From positions 172,796,001 through 172,860,000 of the forward strand of contig NC_058368.1 in assembly GCF_018350175.1 (NCBI RefSeq): a stretch of DNA of 64,000 nt. The letters are read 5' to 3'. The notes beneath the pieces were generated by a model, which was not told the origin of the DNA, did not search any database, and saw only the letters and a program-made list of their open reading frames with translations. How positions within the stretch are numbered: the first letter of the stretch is position 1; each line of letters begins with the position of its first letter. A program made the translations under genes and the position numbers. Below are positions 44,520-57,400 of this stretch, piece after piece. This DNA is from Felis catus. Taxonomy: Eukaryota.

Positions 44520-45410
44520 TCCCGGACAGGATTTCGGTCTGCTCCTACTGCGTAAACTCGTTTGGGTATTAGGAGCTGGGACTGTGTACACCCTCTATTT
44601 TTCTGAAGGCGGGATGCTGGGGAGCGGTGGGGCCACAGACGGCTAAAGGGCCATCCAGTGAGTCCGAGGGAGCACAGGAGTTGGAGTTCCGGCCTCCGCC
44701 TTCAATTCTGAGACATGTTAGTCCAGACTCGATCACCGGCAGGTTGACAGGATCGTTGTAGTCTTCGTCTCTCCAGCCTGCGCGAAAGACCCAAAAAACT
44801 ACAAGTCCCAGCACGCCTCGCTTCGCAGAGGACCCTCGCTCTTCCCCTGACTCAAACCATCCCTCTGTTCCTCGTTGGCTCACAAGCTTAACGTGCTGTT
44901 CAATGATTGGTTGCAGCTCCTGTCGCGCATAAGAACCCATTGACGAAGCTGGCCGACAGGTTCCTCGCAGCCGCTAAGGAGATGTAACGGCACTCGACCA
45001 GGCTGGGGGAGCTGGTCGGTAAATAAAGCCGCCTTCCCTCCTGCTGCGAAGCCTTGCTTTTTTAACTTCCCGGTGACACTAGGTTTGGAGGGTTTCCGGC
45101 CGGAGGCCATTAGATGGGACACCCGGAAGCCGGAAGTCCCAGGGCGGAAGTGGCCGAGAGGAACGGAGAATGGCGGCGGAAGGCTGGTTTTGGCGCTGGG
45201 GCTGGGGCCGGCGGTGCCCGGGGAGGCCTGGGCTTCCCGGCCCTGGCCCTGGCCCCACTACACCTCTACTTCTTTTTCTGTTGCTGGGGCCGGTTGTTGC
45301 AGATATAACTGACGGCAACAGTGAACACCTCAAGCGGGAGCATTCGCTTATCAAGCCCTACCAAGGTGAGGCCTGGGGCGGGAATGGGTGCTGGGTGAGG
45401 GCGAGGCTGG
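44520..45410 (+). promoter_or_regulatory. LMAN2: LMAN2 CpG-island promoter with clustered ETS/GABP sites
   Basis: CpG-dense; CCGGAAGCCGGAAGT at 45123-45137, GCGGAAGTG at 45144-45152, reverse CCAAT (GATTGG) near 44905; no canonical TATA box near the ATG. Confidence 0.8.
45170..45365 (+). CDS. LMAN2: LMAN2 exon 1 coding part (196 nt)
   Basis: [16 protein letters not shown]...[18 protein letters not shown]|gtgagg. Confidence 0.96.
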
Positions 45411-48400
45411 ACAGGGTTGGACAAGGGAGTTCCTCTCTCCTGAGCAAAGCAGCTTTGTGGGTTTCCTGTCTTTGGCAAGGCCAGTCCTGGAATGGCTTCT
45501 TACGCACCTGTCTCTGTCCGTCTCTGCCCACAGGGGTCGGTTCCAGCTCCATGCCCCTCTGGGATTTCCAAGGCAGCACTATACTCACGAGCCAGTACGT
45601 GCGTTTGACCCCTGATGAGCGCAGCAAAGAGGGCTCTATCTGGAACCACCAGGTGAGTGGCTCCCAGGAGGTTAGGTATACCCTTAAGTAAGCCACTACT
45701 CCCAGTCTCTGCAGCACCCAGACCTGAGCTTAGTTCGAAGGTTTGCTTGGCACCTTTCTCTCCCGCCCAGGTCTTCCTCATCTTGGTAACGCTCATCAGT
45801 GGTGACATTAACAGGTAATGACTATTGAAGCTACGACGTGTCAGGAACTGCACCTGACACTTTCCACCTTTCTCATTTAGTTTCTTCAAAAGCCTTGTGA
45901 AGTAAGTGATGTTATTTCCATTTTACTGACTACGCTGAGGCTTAGAGTTGAAAGTGCCTTTCTCAAAGTCACGTAGCTAGTAAGCACGGAACTCTCCGGC
46001 TGCCTGAATTGAACCCTCAACAGTGGGATAAATGGAATGAACATCTTTATTGGGTGGTTTCTGTGTGTTAGGCACTGGCCTTATGATGCCTTATTGTATT
46101 TAATTCTCAAACAGGCTGTTTGAAATAGTTGGCTATTGTGGCTTTATGCAGAGCTAACCCAGCGAATGGTATAAACGTTTAAATTCTGATCTGTCTGATA
46201 TCTAAGCCCAGCAATTCACTTGCTATACTTGACCCCCTACCCCTGTACGGTGGAGGAATCCCTTAGAAATACTTGCAGACTCCATCCATTTCCCCAGTGT
46301 TTCATTGATGATCTTGTCATCGGTGGTATAGAGGAGCTGGACTTGTAGGCAGTTTTAATTTCTGTGACTTTTGCTTTAGAGGTTAGGGAACCTCGAGTGT
46401 CACTGGCATGTCATACATAACTAGTGGCCAAGATAAGTCGCTACACAGACTCCACACTGAGGAGGTCGAGGTCAGGAAAGGGGTGAAAGGGGAATAATTT
46501 TGGGCTGGGCCACAGCTTGGGGCAGATGCTGCCCCTGCCTACCTGATTCCAACTCTTCCCATGGCTTAAGCTGTTGGCCATTGTCCTAGTTTTCTCCACC
46601 CTGTTCTTTGGTCCATTCTGAGTGGCTTCCTCATTAAGTTCTGGGAGACTACGCCATCCTTGTGTTGCCTCATCTGCCTGTCTCTTCCACTCCTCCTCTC
46701 CTTTGCTAGGGACATCTGGTTTACTTTCTTCAGCTTTCACTCTGATCCTCAGAGCCTGGGGTCTCTCATCAAGGGATAAACAAGCATTATGTCTATACAG
46801 TCTGGCCCCTGGTGCCTGGTGTCTCCATTCATTCTAGTAATTTTGTTCCAGCCTCTCTGGCTGCTTTCTTGCCTCAGGATCTTTGCACTTGTTGTTCTCT
46901 CTGTCTGGGCACATTGCCTTCTGGCTCTTCATGCCTGCCTGGTTCTTTCTCATCTGGTGTGTCTCAGCTTGAGTGCCACCCACTCAGTATTTCATTAACT
47001 ACTTTATCTCCCCAAGTCACATTCTGTCACATTATTCTGTCTTAGGGCTTCCAGATAATTTTAAAAAATTATACTGTAGTGTTACATTTTTTATGGAAGT
47101 GAGTTCAGTATAGCATTACATTTTTTATTTTTTAAGGAAGGTACAAATAGGACTAGAACTATTAGAAATTGGTTCAGCTACAAGTAACTTAATTATGGTT
47201 GTATATATAACTATTGGTTGGCATTGTCAGTGGTGTGGCAATGTCACAGGGCTGAGAGGATTCTATACTACATCAGATTTTTAGTCTGGAATGTAACTAT
47301 TCTTCCCCCACATCCCTATTCAGTTCTAGGGCCTTTCCCATTTGGCCCTGCAGTTATTCTTAAAAGGTTGGAATGTTTCCTGTAAATCTTGAAAGAAATT
47401 GCTTGGAAGTCTTAGAATTTTCTGCCTAGTGCTTCCCAAGAACCACCTCTTCCCTTTACTGGGCTGGAGAGCTGGTTTCTGGACTTTTCTTTGTTGCGTG
47501 CCCCCACCTGGGAGAGGGACTGAATTAGCAAACACTCCTAAGCCCCTGCTGTTCTCTGAGCAAAGAGAAAAACACAGCTGTGCTGTTTCAGCGGAGAGGT
47601 CCAGACCATGGAGTGACCCCAACGTGAAGTCTCAAGACTGACTGGAGCACAGGACATAGGGGGATGCCCAAGGGGCTGATTGGGCCCCATCTTGAGGAGC
47701 CGTGTGTGGAGGCTGCAGAGGTGGTGGTTGACCTTTTTTGGCTCATGTACTGTCTGAAAGTATATATCCTCTTGTGCTTTTTAAAAGTTCATATCCCAAA
47801 TTACTTATTGTAAGTTTGAATATTTGCAAAGGATGTAGTTTCTAGCATATTTAAATATTGCCATTTTAAAATAAAGCTGTTTGGTACTCTTCAGTATGTT
47901 CAGTGGAATCTAAATATTTCAATTGTGTGTTTTAAACACTGTGAATCAGCCTGAATTATACATCAGTTTTTTTAATTCAATGTGTGTTTTCATCTCATCC
48001 CACACAATTTTATCCTATGCCATGTATTTAATGCTTGAAAATTTCTTCTTGATTAGCTTGTTCTATTCTCTGTAACTAAAATAGGCATAATAATTTAAAC
48101 CTTTTAACTTTGGGGGCACCTGGGTGGCTCATTCGGTTGAGCATCTGACTCTTTGTTTCAGCTCAGGCCTTGATCCTAGGGTTTTGGGATCCAGTGCTGC
48201 GTCGGGCTCGTTGTAGAGCATGCGGCCTGCTTAAGATTCTCTCTCTCTTTCTCCCTGCCCCTCTCCTCCATTCTCTCTCTCTCTCTCTCTAAAATAAAAA
48301 TAAATTAGAAAAAAATTAACATTTTAACTTTGTTGGGACCTTGAAACTAAGTTTTAATATGGGGGGGGGTGTTACAATTATTATTGATACACAGTTGGTC

Positions 48401-51400
48401 AAAATAAATTCATTACACAATTTTGAGATAATTATTGTAAAAGTAAAAATTTATTGAAATGCATCTCAATAAGCTGTTGTCCCCCCAGTCCCTGTCTGGA
48501 TGGGTATTATTGTCAGAATGAGACAGGCCTCAGCACCACTTCTACTTTGTGTTTTTATAGATGTGAATGCTGAGAATCTGTGTTTACTTAAATAGTAGAT
48601 GGAGATATAGCAGGGACACTCAATATTTTAAACTTCTGTTGGTTTATAAACTCAAAGTCATGTAGTGATCTTTCATCAAAATGATGATGTATCAGTTAAC
48701 TATTGGATTAGTTCTGCCTTCCACTAGTTGCAAGGACGTGGAAACCACTAAGTGTAAAATGCTCTATGATCGCCACATGATTCTGATTTAATTGGCTCGG
48801 GGAAGGGTCAGGGCATTAAGATTTCTGAGCTCCCCAGCTGGCTCAGCTGTGCAGCTAGGGTGGAAAACCACAGCTGTCGAGTCCTCCTTCCAAAATCAGC
48901 TTCTAAGTCCGTTCCAGCTGGTACTTCACCTGCACCTGCTTAAAATCCTTCAGAGGCTTTATATTGTCTCTATTTTGGTATTTCCCTCCACTGATCTACA
49001 GTCTTCAATCTGCCACGTGCAAAGACTTTCTAAGGCCCAGATAGTCCTGTAGGAATCAGTTTCCAGGTTTCAACTTCTGTGTGTACTCTTTCCTGAAACT
49101 CCTCTCCCTATGAACATACCAGGGGCAGGAGGGTAGGTGTTCCTTTCTCATATCCCTGTTCTCAGTTGCCCTTCTGCTTGGAGGCACACCTTGCACCAGC
49201 TTGGGGTCTTAGCTCAGTGCATTGTTCTCAGGTACAGAAAACTCCTGGGCACCAAAGAGACCGTTTGGAATCTGGTTTCTGGGCTAACTTTTGTGGAGGT
49301 GAGATATTTAAAAAATTTTTTTCAAATATATAAGGGCTTTTCTAGTTATTAGAAAATTAAGTTGTTGTTAATATCTAGTTTGGTTTCACCATGGTCAAGG
49401 AATGCAATCTGTTATTCCATTTCTTGGAGGTCTGTTGAGTCTTGCAAATGGTCTGGTTTCTGGAAAATTTTCTGTGTGTGTCTGCAAAGAATGTGGATTC
49501 TCAGGTCGTTGAGTACAGTGTGCTGTTTGGTCCTTAGTTAAATTTACTGATTGGGTTCAAATATCTGTATTCTTCCTGATGTTTTTGCTTGTTTTTATCG
49601 ATTACTAAGAGAGGTATGTTAAAATTTCTCTGTGGATTTGTTTTTACTTTTGTAATTCCGTTAGTTTCTGCTTTACAGATTTTTGAGGCCAGAATTTTCC
49701 TGGTAAAGGGAATCTTTTATTAAGAAATGTTTTTGGGGACGCCTGGGTGGCTCAGTCGGTTGAGCGTCCGACTTCAGCTCAGGTCACGATCTCGCGGTCC
49801 GTGAGTTCGAGCCCCGGGTCAGGCTCTGGGCTGATGGCTCAGAGCCTGGAGCCTGCTTCCGATTCTGTGTCTCCCTCTCTCTCTGCCCCTCCCCCGTTCA
49901 TGCTCTGTCTCTCTCTGTCTTAAAAATAAATAAATGTTAAAAAAAAATGTTTTTGTTATTAAAATGTCCCTTTTTAAATTTTGTTATTGATATAGCTACA
50001 CAAGCTTGCTTTCGGTTAGTGTTTGCATGCTGTATCTTTTCCTGTCCTTTTCCTTTTTTCCGTTTCTTTATGACTTAGAGTTATTTTCTTTTTTTTTTTT
50101 TCAACGTTTATTTATTTTTGGGACAGAGAGAGACAGAGCATGAACAGGGGAGGGTCAGAGAGAGAGGGAGACACAGAATCGGAAACAGGCTCCAGGCTCT
50201 GAGCCATCAGCCCAGAGCCTGACGCGGGGCTCGAACCCACGGACCGCGAGATCGTGACCTGGCTGAAGTCGGACGCTTAACCGACTGTGCCACCCAGGCG
50301 CCCCAAAGTTATTTTCTTGTAAACTCCATGTAATTAGTCTTTTGAGGGGTTGTTGGTTTATTTTTGTGTTAAAATATACATAACACCATTTACCATTTTA
50401 ACCTTATGCCCCCCACTTTTAAATCATTTAATTTATGAAACCGTTCTCTTCAGTAGGATGCTCCTTGGCATTTAAACGGTGTTTAAAAATGTAATGGTGA
50501 GGTGCCTGGGTGGCTCAGTCAGTTGAGTGTCTGATCTTGGCTCAGGTGGGGATCTCCTGGCTCGTGGGTTTGAGCCCTGCATTAGGCTGTCTGCTGTCAA
50601 TGCAGAGCCCACTTAGGATCCTCTGTCTCCCTCTTTCTGCCCCTCCCCTTCTCATGTGTGGACTCGCGTGCGTGTTCCCCCCCCCTCACAAAAATAAACA
50701 TTAAAAGGAATACAATGGCTATCTATAAAAAATTAATTTGATTATCGTATTTATGTAGCTGCACGTGTAAAAGAAAATTGGGGAAACATTTTTTATTACG
50801 GTAAATGTCCATACCATAAAATTTACCATCTTAACCATTTTAAGTGTCCAGTTCAGTGGCAGTTCATCCACCTTGTTGTGCAACCATCACTGCCGTCCAT
50901 CTCCAGAATTTTCCTATCTTCCCAGACCGAAACTCTGTACTCATTCAACAGTGACTCTCCATTTCCTGCTCCCCAGAGCCCCTGGTAACCAATATTCTTC
51001 TTTCTGTCTGAATTTTACTCTTTTAGGGACCTCATTTAATGAAATCCTAGAGTATTTGTCTGTGTTTGGCTTATTAATTTATAATTTAGCATAATGTCTT
51101 CAGAGTTTGTCCATGTTGTAGCCTGTGTCAGTACTTCATTCCTTTTATGGCTGAGCAATATTCTTCTGTGTGTGTACACATTTTGTTAATTCATGTATTT
51201 GTTGATGAACACTTGGGTTGTTTCCACCTTTTGGCTATTGTGAATAATGCTGTCAAGAACACGGGTGTGTATGAGTGTCTGAGTCCTTGCTTTTTTTTTT
51301 TTTTTTCCTCCCCACCTAGGAAGTGGAATTGCTGGGTCCTATGGTAATTCTATATTCAACTTTTTGAGGACAATCAAACTGTTTTCCACAGTAGCTACAC

Positions 51401-54400
51401 CATTTTACATTCCCACCAGCAGTGTGTAAAGGTGCCAGTTTCTCCACATCCTTGCCAACACTTTTTCTGTGTTTTTTTTTGTTTTGTTTTGTTTTGTTTT
51501 GTTTTGTTTTGTTTTATGATAGCCATCTATCCTAATGAGTGTGAGGGGATATCTTGTAGTTTTGATTTGCATTTCTCTAATAACTAATGACGTTGAGCAT
51601 TCTTTCACGTGCTTATTTGCTGTTTATCTTCTTTTTGGAAAAATGTCAAGTCTTTTGTTCATTTTTAAATTGTGTTTTTAACTTTAGGAGTTCTCTATAT
51701 TCTGGAGACATTAATCCCTTCCCAGTTACATGATTTGGAAATATTTTATTCCATTTCTTGGTTGTCTTTTTATTATCTTGATGTTTTTGATGTGCAAGAA
51801 TTTTTGTTGTTGTTGTTTGTTTATTTTTGAGAGAGCGGAAGAAAGTGTGAGCAGGAGAGGGCAGAGAGAGGGAGACAGGATTCTAAGTGGGCTTTGCGTT
51901 GAAGCAGAGAGCCTGATGCAGGACTTGAACTCTTAACTGTGAAATCCTGACCTGAGCCAGTCAGATGCTTAACCGACTGAGCCACACAGGTCCCCCAAGA
52001 ATTTTTAATTTTGATGAAATTCACTTTATTTTGTTGCTGTCGTCTGTGCTTTCGTGTCCTATCCAAGAAATCTTGCTAAATCCAGTGTTGTGAAGATTTT
52101 CCCTGTGTTTTCTTCTAAGAGGTTTATGGTTTTAGCTCTTGAGTTTAAGACTTTTACCCTTTATTTAGTTTTAAAATTAAACTTTCTGAGATAATTGTAA
52201 ATTTACATGCAGTTGTAAGAAATAATACAGGGAGACCTTATGTACCCTTATCAGAATGTAGTTCATATTTAGTAAAATTACTGATGTGTTTTGCTTTAAT
52301 CCACCTTCCTATTATTTTTATTTAAAAAATTAAAACAATTTTAAGTTATTATTTTTTTATTATTTACTTTCTGTTTGTACTGCTCATTCTCTGTTCATTT
52401 TTCTCTCTGGTCTTCTTTTGAGTTGGTTAATTTTTATTCCATTTTTACTCTTCTGCTAGCTCAAAAGTTCTTTGCTTGCTTCCCAATTTTTCAGTGATTA
52501 CTCGAGTTTAAAACACAGCCATATTTTACCAAAGTCTAACGATAATGTGTACCTTCTTCCTGGACAATGCAAGGATCTTAGAATACTTTAACTTTATTTA
52601 CCCCATTGTTGTCATTTATTTTAATTCTATTTTAAAACATTGTTTCACGCAAATATTTATTTAGATTTTTTACCCTCATATTTATTGGGTTTTTTTGTTG
52701 TTGTTGTTCTTTGTTCCTTCCTGAATCTCTGACTTTACATCTGGATAATTTTCTTTCTCTCTGATGAATGAAAGACAGTTTTAATGTTTTTGTTTATCTA
52801 AAAACGGCTCTTTTTGGGGGCGTCTGGGTGGCTCAGTTGGTTAAGTGTCCAACTTTGGCTCAGGTCATGGTCTCGTGGTTTGTGAGTTTGAGCCCTGCCA
52901 GCAAGGAGCCTGCTTGGGATTCATATTTTTTTCCTCCCTCCCTCCCTCTCTTTCTCTCCCCCCCACCCCTGCTTGCACTCTCCCTCTCTCAGATAAATAA
53001 ACTAAAATAAATAAATAAAAATGTCTCTTTTTAAAAAGTCTTTTTTATCTGAAAATGTCTTAATTTTATCTTCATTCTTGAAGGATGCATTTGCTAAGCA
53101 TAGAATCCTGTGTTCATTTTATTATTTAAAAATTTAAAATATTTATTCATTTTTGAGAGACAGTGCAAGTGGGGCAGGGGCAGAGAGAGAGGGAGACACA
53201 ATCTGAAGCGGGCCCCAGGCTCTGAGCTGTCAGCACAGAGCTCAACGCAGGGCTTGAACTCACTCACAAAACTGTGAGATCATGACCTGAGCCAAAGTCA
53301 GATACTTAACCATCTGAGCCCCTTATTCACTTATTTCTAAAAATGTTTATTTGAGAGAGAGGGGTGGGGGGAAGAGTGCACGCAGAGAGAGAGGGAGAGA
53401 GAATCCCAAGCAGGCTGCATGTTGCCAGCTCAGAGCCCCATGTGGAGCTCAATCCCATGAACCATAAGATCATGACCTAAGCTGAAATGAAGAGTCGGAT
53501 GCTTAACTGACTCCCTCCCTTCCTTTTTGTGCCTAGGTGTGGTTTTCTTTTCTTTTTTTTTAAGTTTATTTATTTTTGAGAGAAGGGAGAGAATATGCAA
53601 GCAGCAGAGGGGCAGAGAGAAAGAGGGAGAGAGAGAGAGAATTCTAAGTAGTCTCCACACTGTCAGTGCAGACCCAGTGCGGGGCTCAAACCCACGAACC
53701 ATGAGATCATGACCAGAGCGGAAGTCAGTTGCTTAACTGACTAAGCCACCCAGGTGCCCCTGGTTTTCTTTTTATTTGTCTTCTTTGGTTTGTAAGATTT
53801 AAGACTTGTGGTGAAATGTCTGTGAATCAGTTTTAGTAAGTGCTTGGACATCTCTTTAAATATTCCTTTGCCCTGTTCTCTCACTTCTCATTCTGAAACT
53901 CCAGTTTATGTATCTTAGAGTTTTTCACTCTCTCTTACTGACAATTTTGTACCTACCATTCATTCTCTCTGCTTCATCCTACATTTTTTTTTTTTTTAAC
54001 CTCTCTGGCCTTGAGATCACAGATTCTCTCTTCATCTGTTTTTAATCTACCTGTCCATTACATTGTTAATTTCAGTTACTGTGTTTTTTTTAGTTCTAGG
54101 ACTGTTTTTGTTGTTGTTGTTGTTGTTTTGTTTTGTTTTGTTTTTTTAGTAGTGTGATTTTTTTTTTTCTCCTTTTTTTCCCCAGTTATTTTTAGGACAA
54201 CTGGGTGACTCAGTCAGTTAAAGTGTCTCATTCTTGGTTTTAGCTCAGGTCATGATCTCATGGTTCATGAGATCAAGCCTTGCATTGTGCACTGGTGGCA
54301 TGGAGCCTGCTTGGGATTCTGTCTTCTCTCTCTGACCCTTCCCTGCTTGTTCTCTCTCTCTCTCTCTCTCTTTTCCCCTCCCCCCCCCCCGTCAAAATAA

Positions 54401-57400
54401 ATAAACATTAAAAATATATATATAAAATTTCTTTTATTTTTTGAAATTCTCCATCTTATATTTATCCCCTTGATTATAGTAAACTAGTTATTTGAAAGTC
54501 CAGTATCTGGAATTCCCATCAGCCTGTTTTCTCCCTCTTTTCTGGCCTTGTTGATAACTTGTCTTTTTATGTGCCTGGTTGTTTATTGTATGCCAGATAC
54601 TGTATTTGTAATATTGCTTGTTGAAAGATTTGAGGCCTGGGTGAGTCACTTTAATGTACTTTTCAGGGATTGAGAGGGCTCAAGCTGAGCTACTGCCCCT
54701 GGGAGGGCCTTTCCTCATTCACTCTTGTTTTTGGGTTGCTGTCTTTGCGGTTCCAGCCCAAAGCAAGCTTGGTTCACCAGGCCTTCCACTCTCTCAGTAG
54801 GCCTTGGGGCAGAGTCTTTGTCCATCTATCTGTCTCCTCACCTCTCAGTTGTCCCCTGTAGAATCTGCAGATTCCCCAGAGCCACAACTGGCCAAGAGCT
54901 GGGAAGGCTAAGATTTCACACTACTTGCAAGCTGTTGTTAGGTGTCCACCAGCTCTGCATTCTTAGGGGCCGGAGCTGGGTCTCATCACCTTGGTTTTTG
55001 ATGCCCACAGCTGACTGAAACTGTACACTGATGAATCAGTGAATGCACAAGCCACATCACCCATTGTGGGATGTAAAGTTTCTCAGTTTTTTATTTTAAT
55101 TTTTTTAAACATCTTTTAAAATTAAGTGAGCATTATGCCCAGCGATCCCGAGATTAAGAGTCCTGTGCTCTACTAACTGAGCCAGCCAGGTCCCCTTAAA
55201 GTTTTTTGTTTTTGATCTTTTATTTTTGATTTTTTGAATTATGTTCATTATACAAAATTCAAACATAGAAAGTAAACATTTCTTGTAGTTCCCCTACCAA
55301 AGTCAGCTATCGTTAATATTGGTTCATGTTCTTTTAGTTTCTTTCTCTATGTATACTAATATTTATTAAAATTTTTTTTAATGTTTTTATTTTTGAGACA
55401 GAGACAGAGCATGAGTCGGGGGGGCGGGGTGCAGAGAGAGAGGGAGACACAGAATCTGAAGCAGGCTCCAGGCTCTGAGCTATCAGCACAGAGCCTGACA
55501 TAGGGCTCGAACTCACGGACTGTGAGATCATGACCTGAGCTGAAGTCGGGCACTCAACTGACTGAGCCACCCAGGCGCTCCTACGAATTTTTTTTAAAAG
55601 CACTTTTGCAACTTACTTTCTTTCGCTTAGTATCTTTGGTATCTTCAGGTGTAAAGGCTTATGGATCTGTCTTGAGTCTGTTAAAAAACCCGCAGCAACC
55701 AGATTGACCCCCAGAAGATGGGAGTATCAATAATCCCATTGATTGAGAACATGTGTTTCTTTCCATCCTCATCTACACTGGTATTAATGATCTCTTTAAT
55801 AGTTGCCAATTGGATAAGTCAACAACATCTTGTTCTAGTTTGCCTTTCTGATGGGCCTTTATTTTAATTTTTTTAAATGTTTATTTTAGCGTGTGCACGC
55901 AGAGTAGGGAAAGAGAAAGAGGGAGACACAGAATCTGAAGCATGATCCAGGTTCTGAGCTGTCAGCACAGAGCCTGATGTGGGACTTGAACTCAAGAATC
56001 GCAAGATCATGACCTGAGCTGAAGTCAGACACTTAACTGACTGAGCCACCCAGGCGCCCCCTGGGCCTTTGTTTAAATACTTGCTCATGTACCCAACTGC
56101 AGACTTCCTCCAAGTGGGTTCCTGTTAAAGTATTTGTCAACACCTTAGTTTTCATGAGGAACTTTCTAGTGGATGAGGCCAGGCTGTTTCCCTTATTGTG
56201 GACAGTGTCCAGCTCTGCACCTGATGTTCCTGAATGCCTGGGTGTATCTGCCTTCTTTCGTATCACAGTTGTCCAGAGACCCCAGAACATGACCTTTCCA
56301 GCCCCCCAGCCCTGGCACTGTCATCACACTGAAGTTCGGCTGGGCCTGCAAGAGGCAGGAGGTATGCTGGCCAAGAACTTGGGGTTTGAAGTCATCCAGA
56401 AGGTTGGTTAGAAGGGAAAGACAGTGGGGATGGAAGACCAGAAAAGAATTGCTGCACTTTGTGTTAAAGGCGTGAAGGCCATGGGAGATATATAAGACAC
56501 AATACAAGTTTCTAAGACAGATCTGAATGTGAGTCAAGACCATCCATACCTGCTGTGGACAAGTTATTTTGTCTCTGAATGGGTTTTCTTTTTGTAAAAT
56601 ATGTGGCTCCAATAGGGTTAGTTCGAGAAGATTTTGGGGCAGGAGCGGTCGAGATGGAAAGGAAACAGGGCTGATGGGTTTGGCTGGTGTTGAGGAAGGT
56701 GAATCAGTGTGAGAACCTGTGGCCAGGCTCAAGAGAAGACTGGGCCAGAGTGGGCAGAGTCTGGGCCTCAGACAGCTTGGGACACTGTGTGACCTCCCTC
56801 CTTCCCACCTGGGAGGCCCAGCACCCCCCTCTCTTCCTGCTGAGAATGCTGAGGTTGTCTGTTGGTCAGTGGCACTTGTGACCCTGCTACCTGCCCCTTT
56901 TTCGAGGAGTGTCCAGTCTCTGCGGAGGAGACGGGCCTGTATGGGTCACCTCTGTTTGGCAGGAAGGCCCAGGGAGCTCTGAAGTAGCTCTCTCTGCTTT
57001 CTCTCCAGCCTTGCTTCCTCAAGGACTGGGAGATGCATGTCCACTTCAAAGTCCACGGTGCAGGGAAGAAGAATCTCCATGGAGATGGCATTGCCTTGTG
57101 GTATACCCGGGACCGCCTTGTGCCAGGTAGGGAGGTGCTTGTATAGGTGGGGGCATTCTGCCCAGGTTAGGGCACTGGAGCTCCTCTTTGAGGAAACCTG
57201 GGACCTCGAGTCTGCTCTAGGACGTGTCCCTTTGCGAAGAGGGATAGCTGGATCCTGCAGCTCAACTCTAAACCCCATTGTGGCCTGGTGTTGTACACCA
57301 GCTAAGAATGGATTTTACCATTCTACTGTTTTTAAAAAAGCAAAAACAAGGAAGACTGTGACTGAGGCCATATGTAGCTGCAAAGCCTAATGTTTCCTGT

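Noticed and set aside
40190..45170. Shared bidirectional promoter for RGS14 and LMAN2
   Set aside because: The starts are about 5 kb apart and separated by LTR, L2 and SINE insertions; each gene has its own proximal motifs
51405..51608. ORF resembling L1 ORF2
   Set aside because: Degenerate L1 fragment broken by frameshifts and a (GTTTT)n expansion; not an active element
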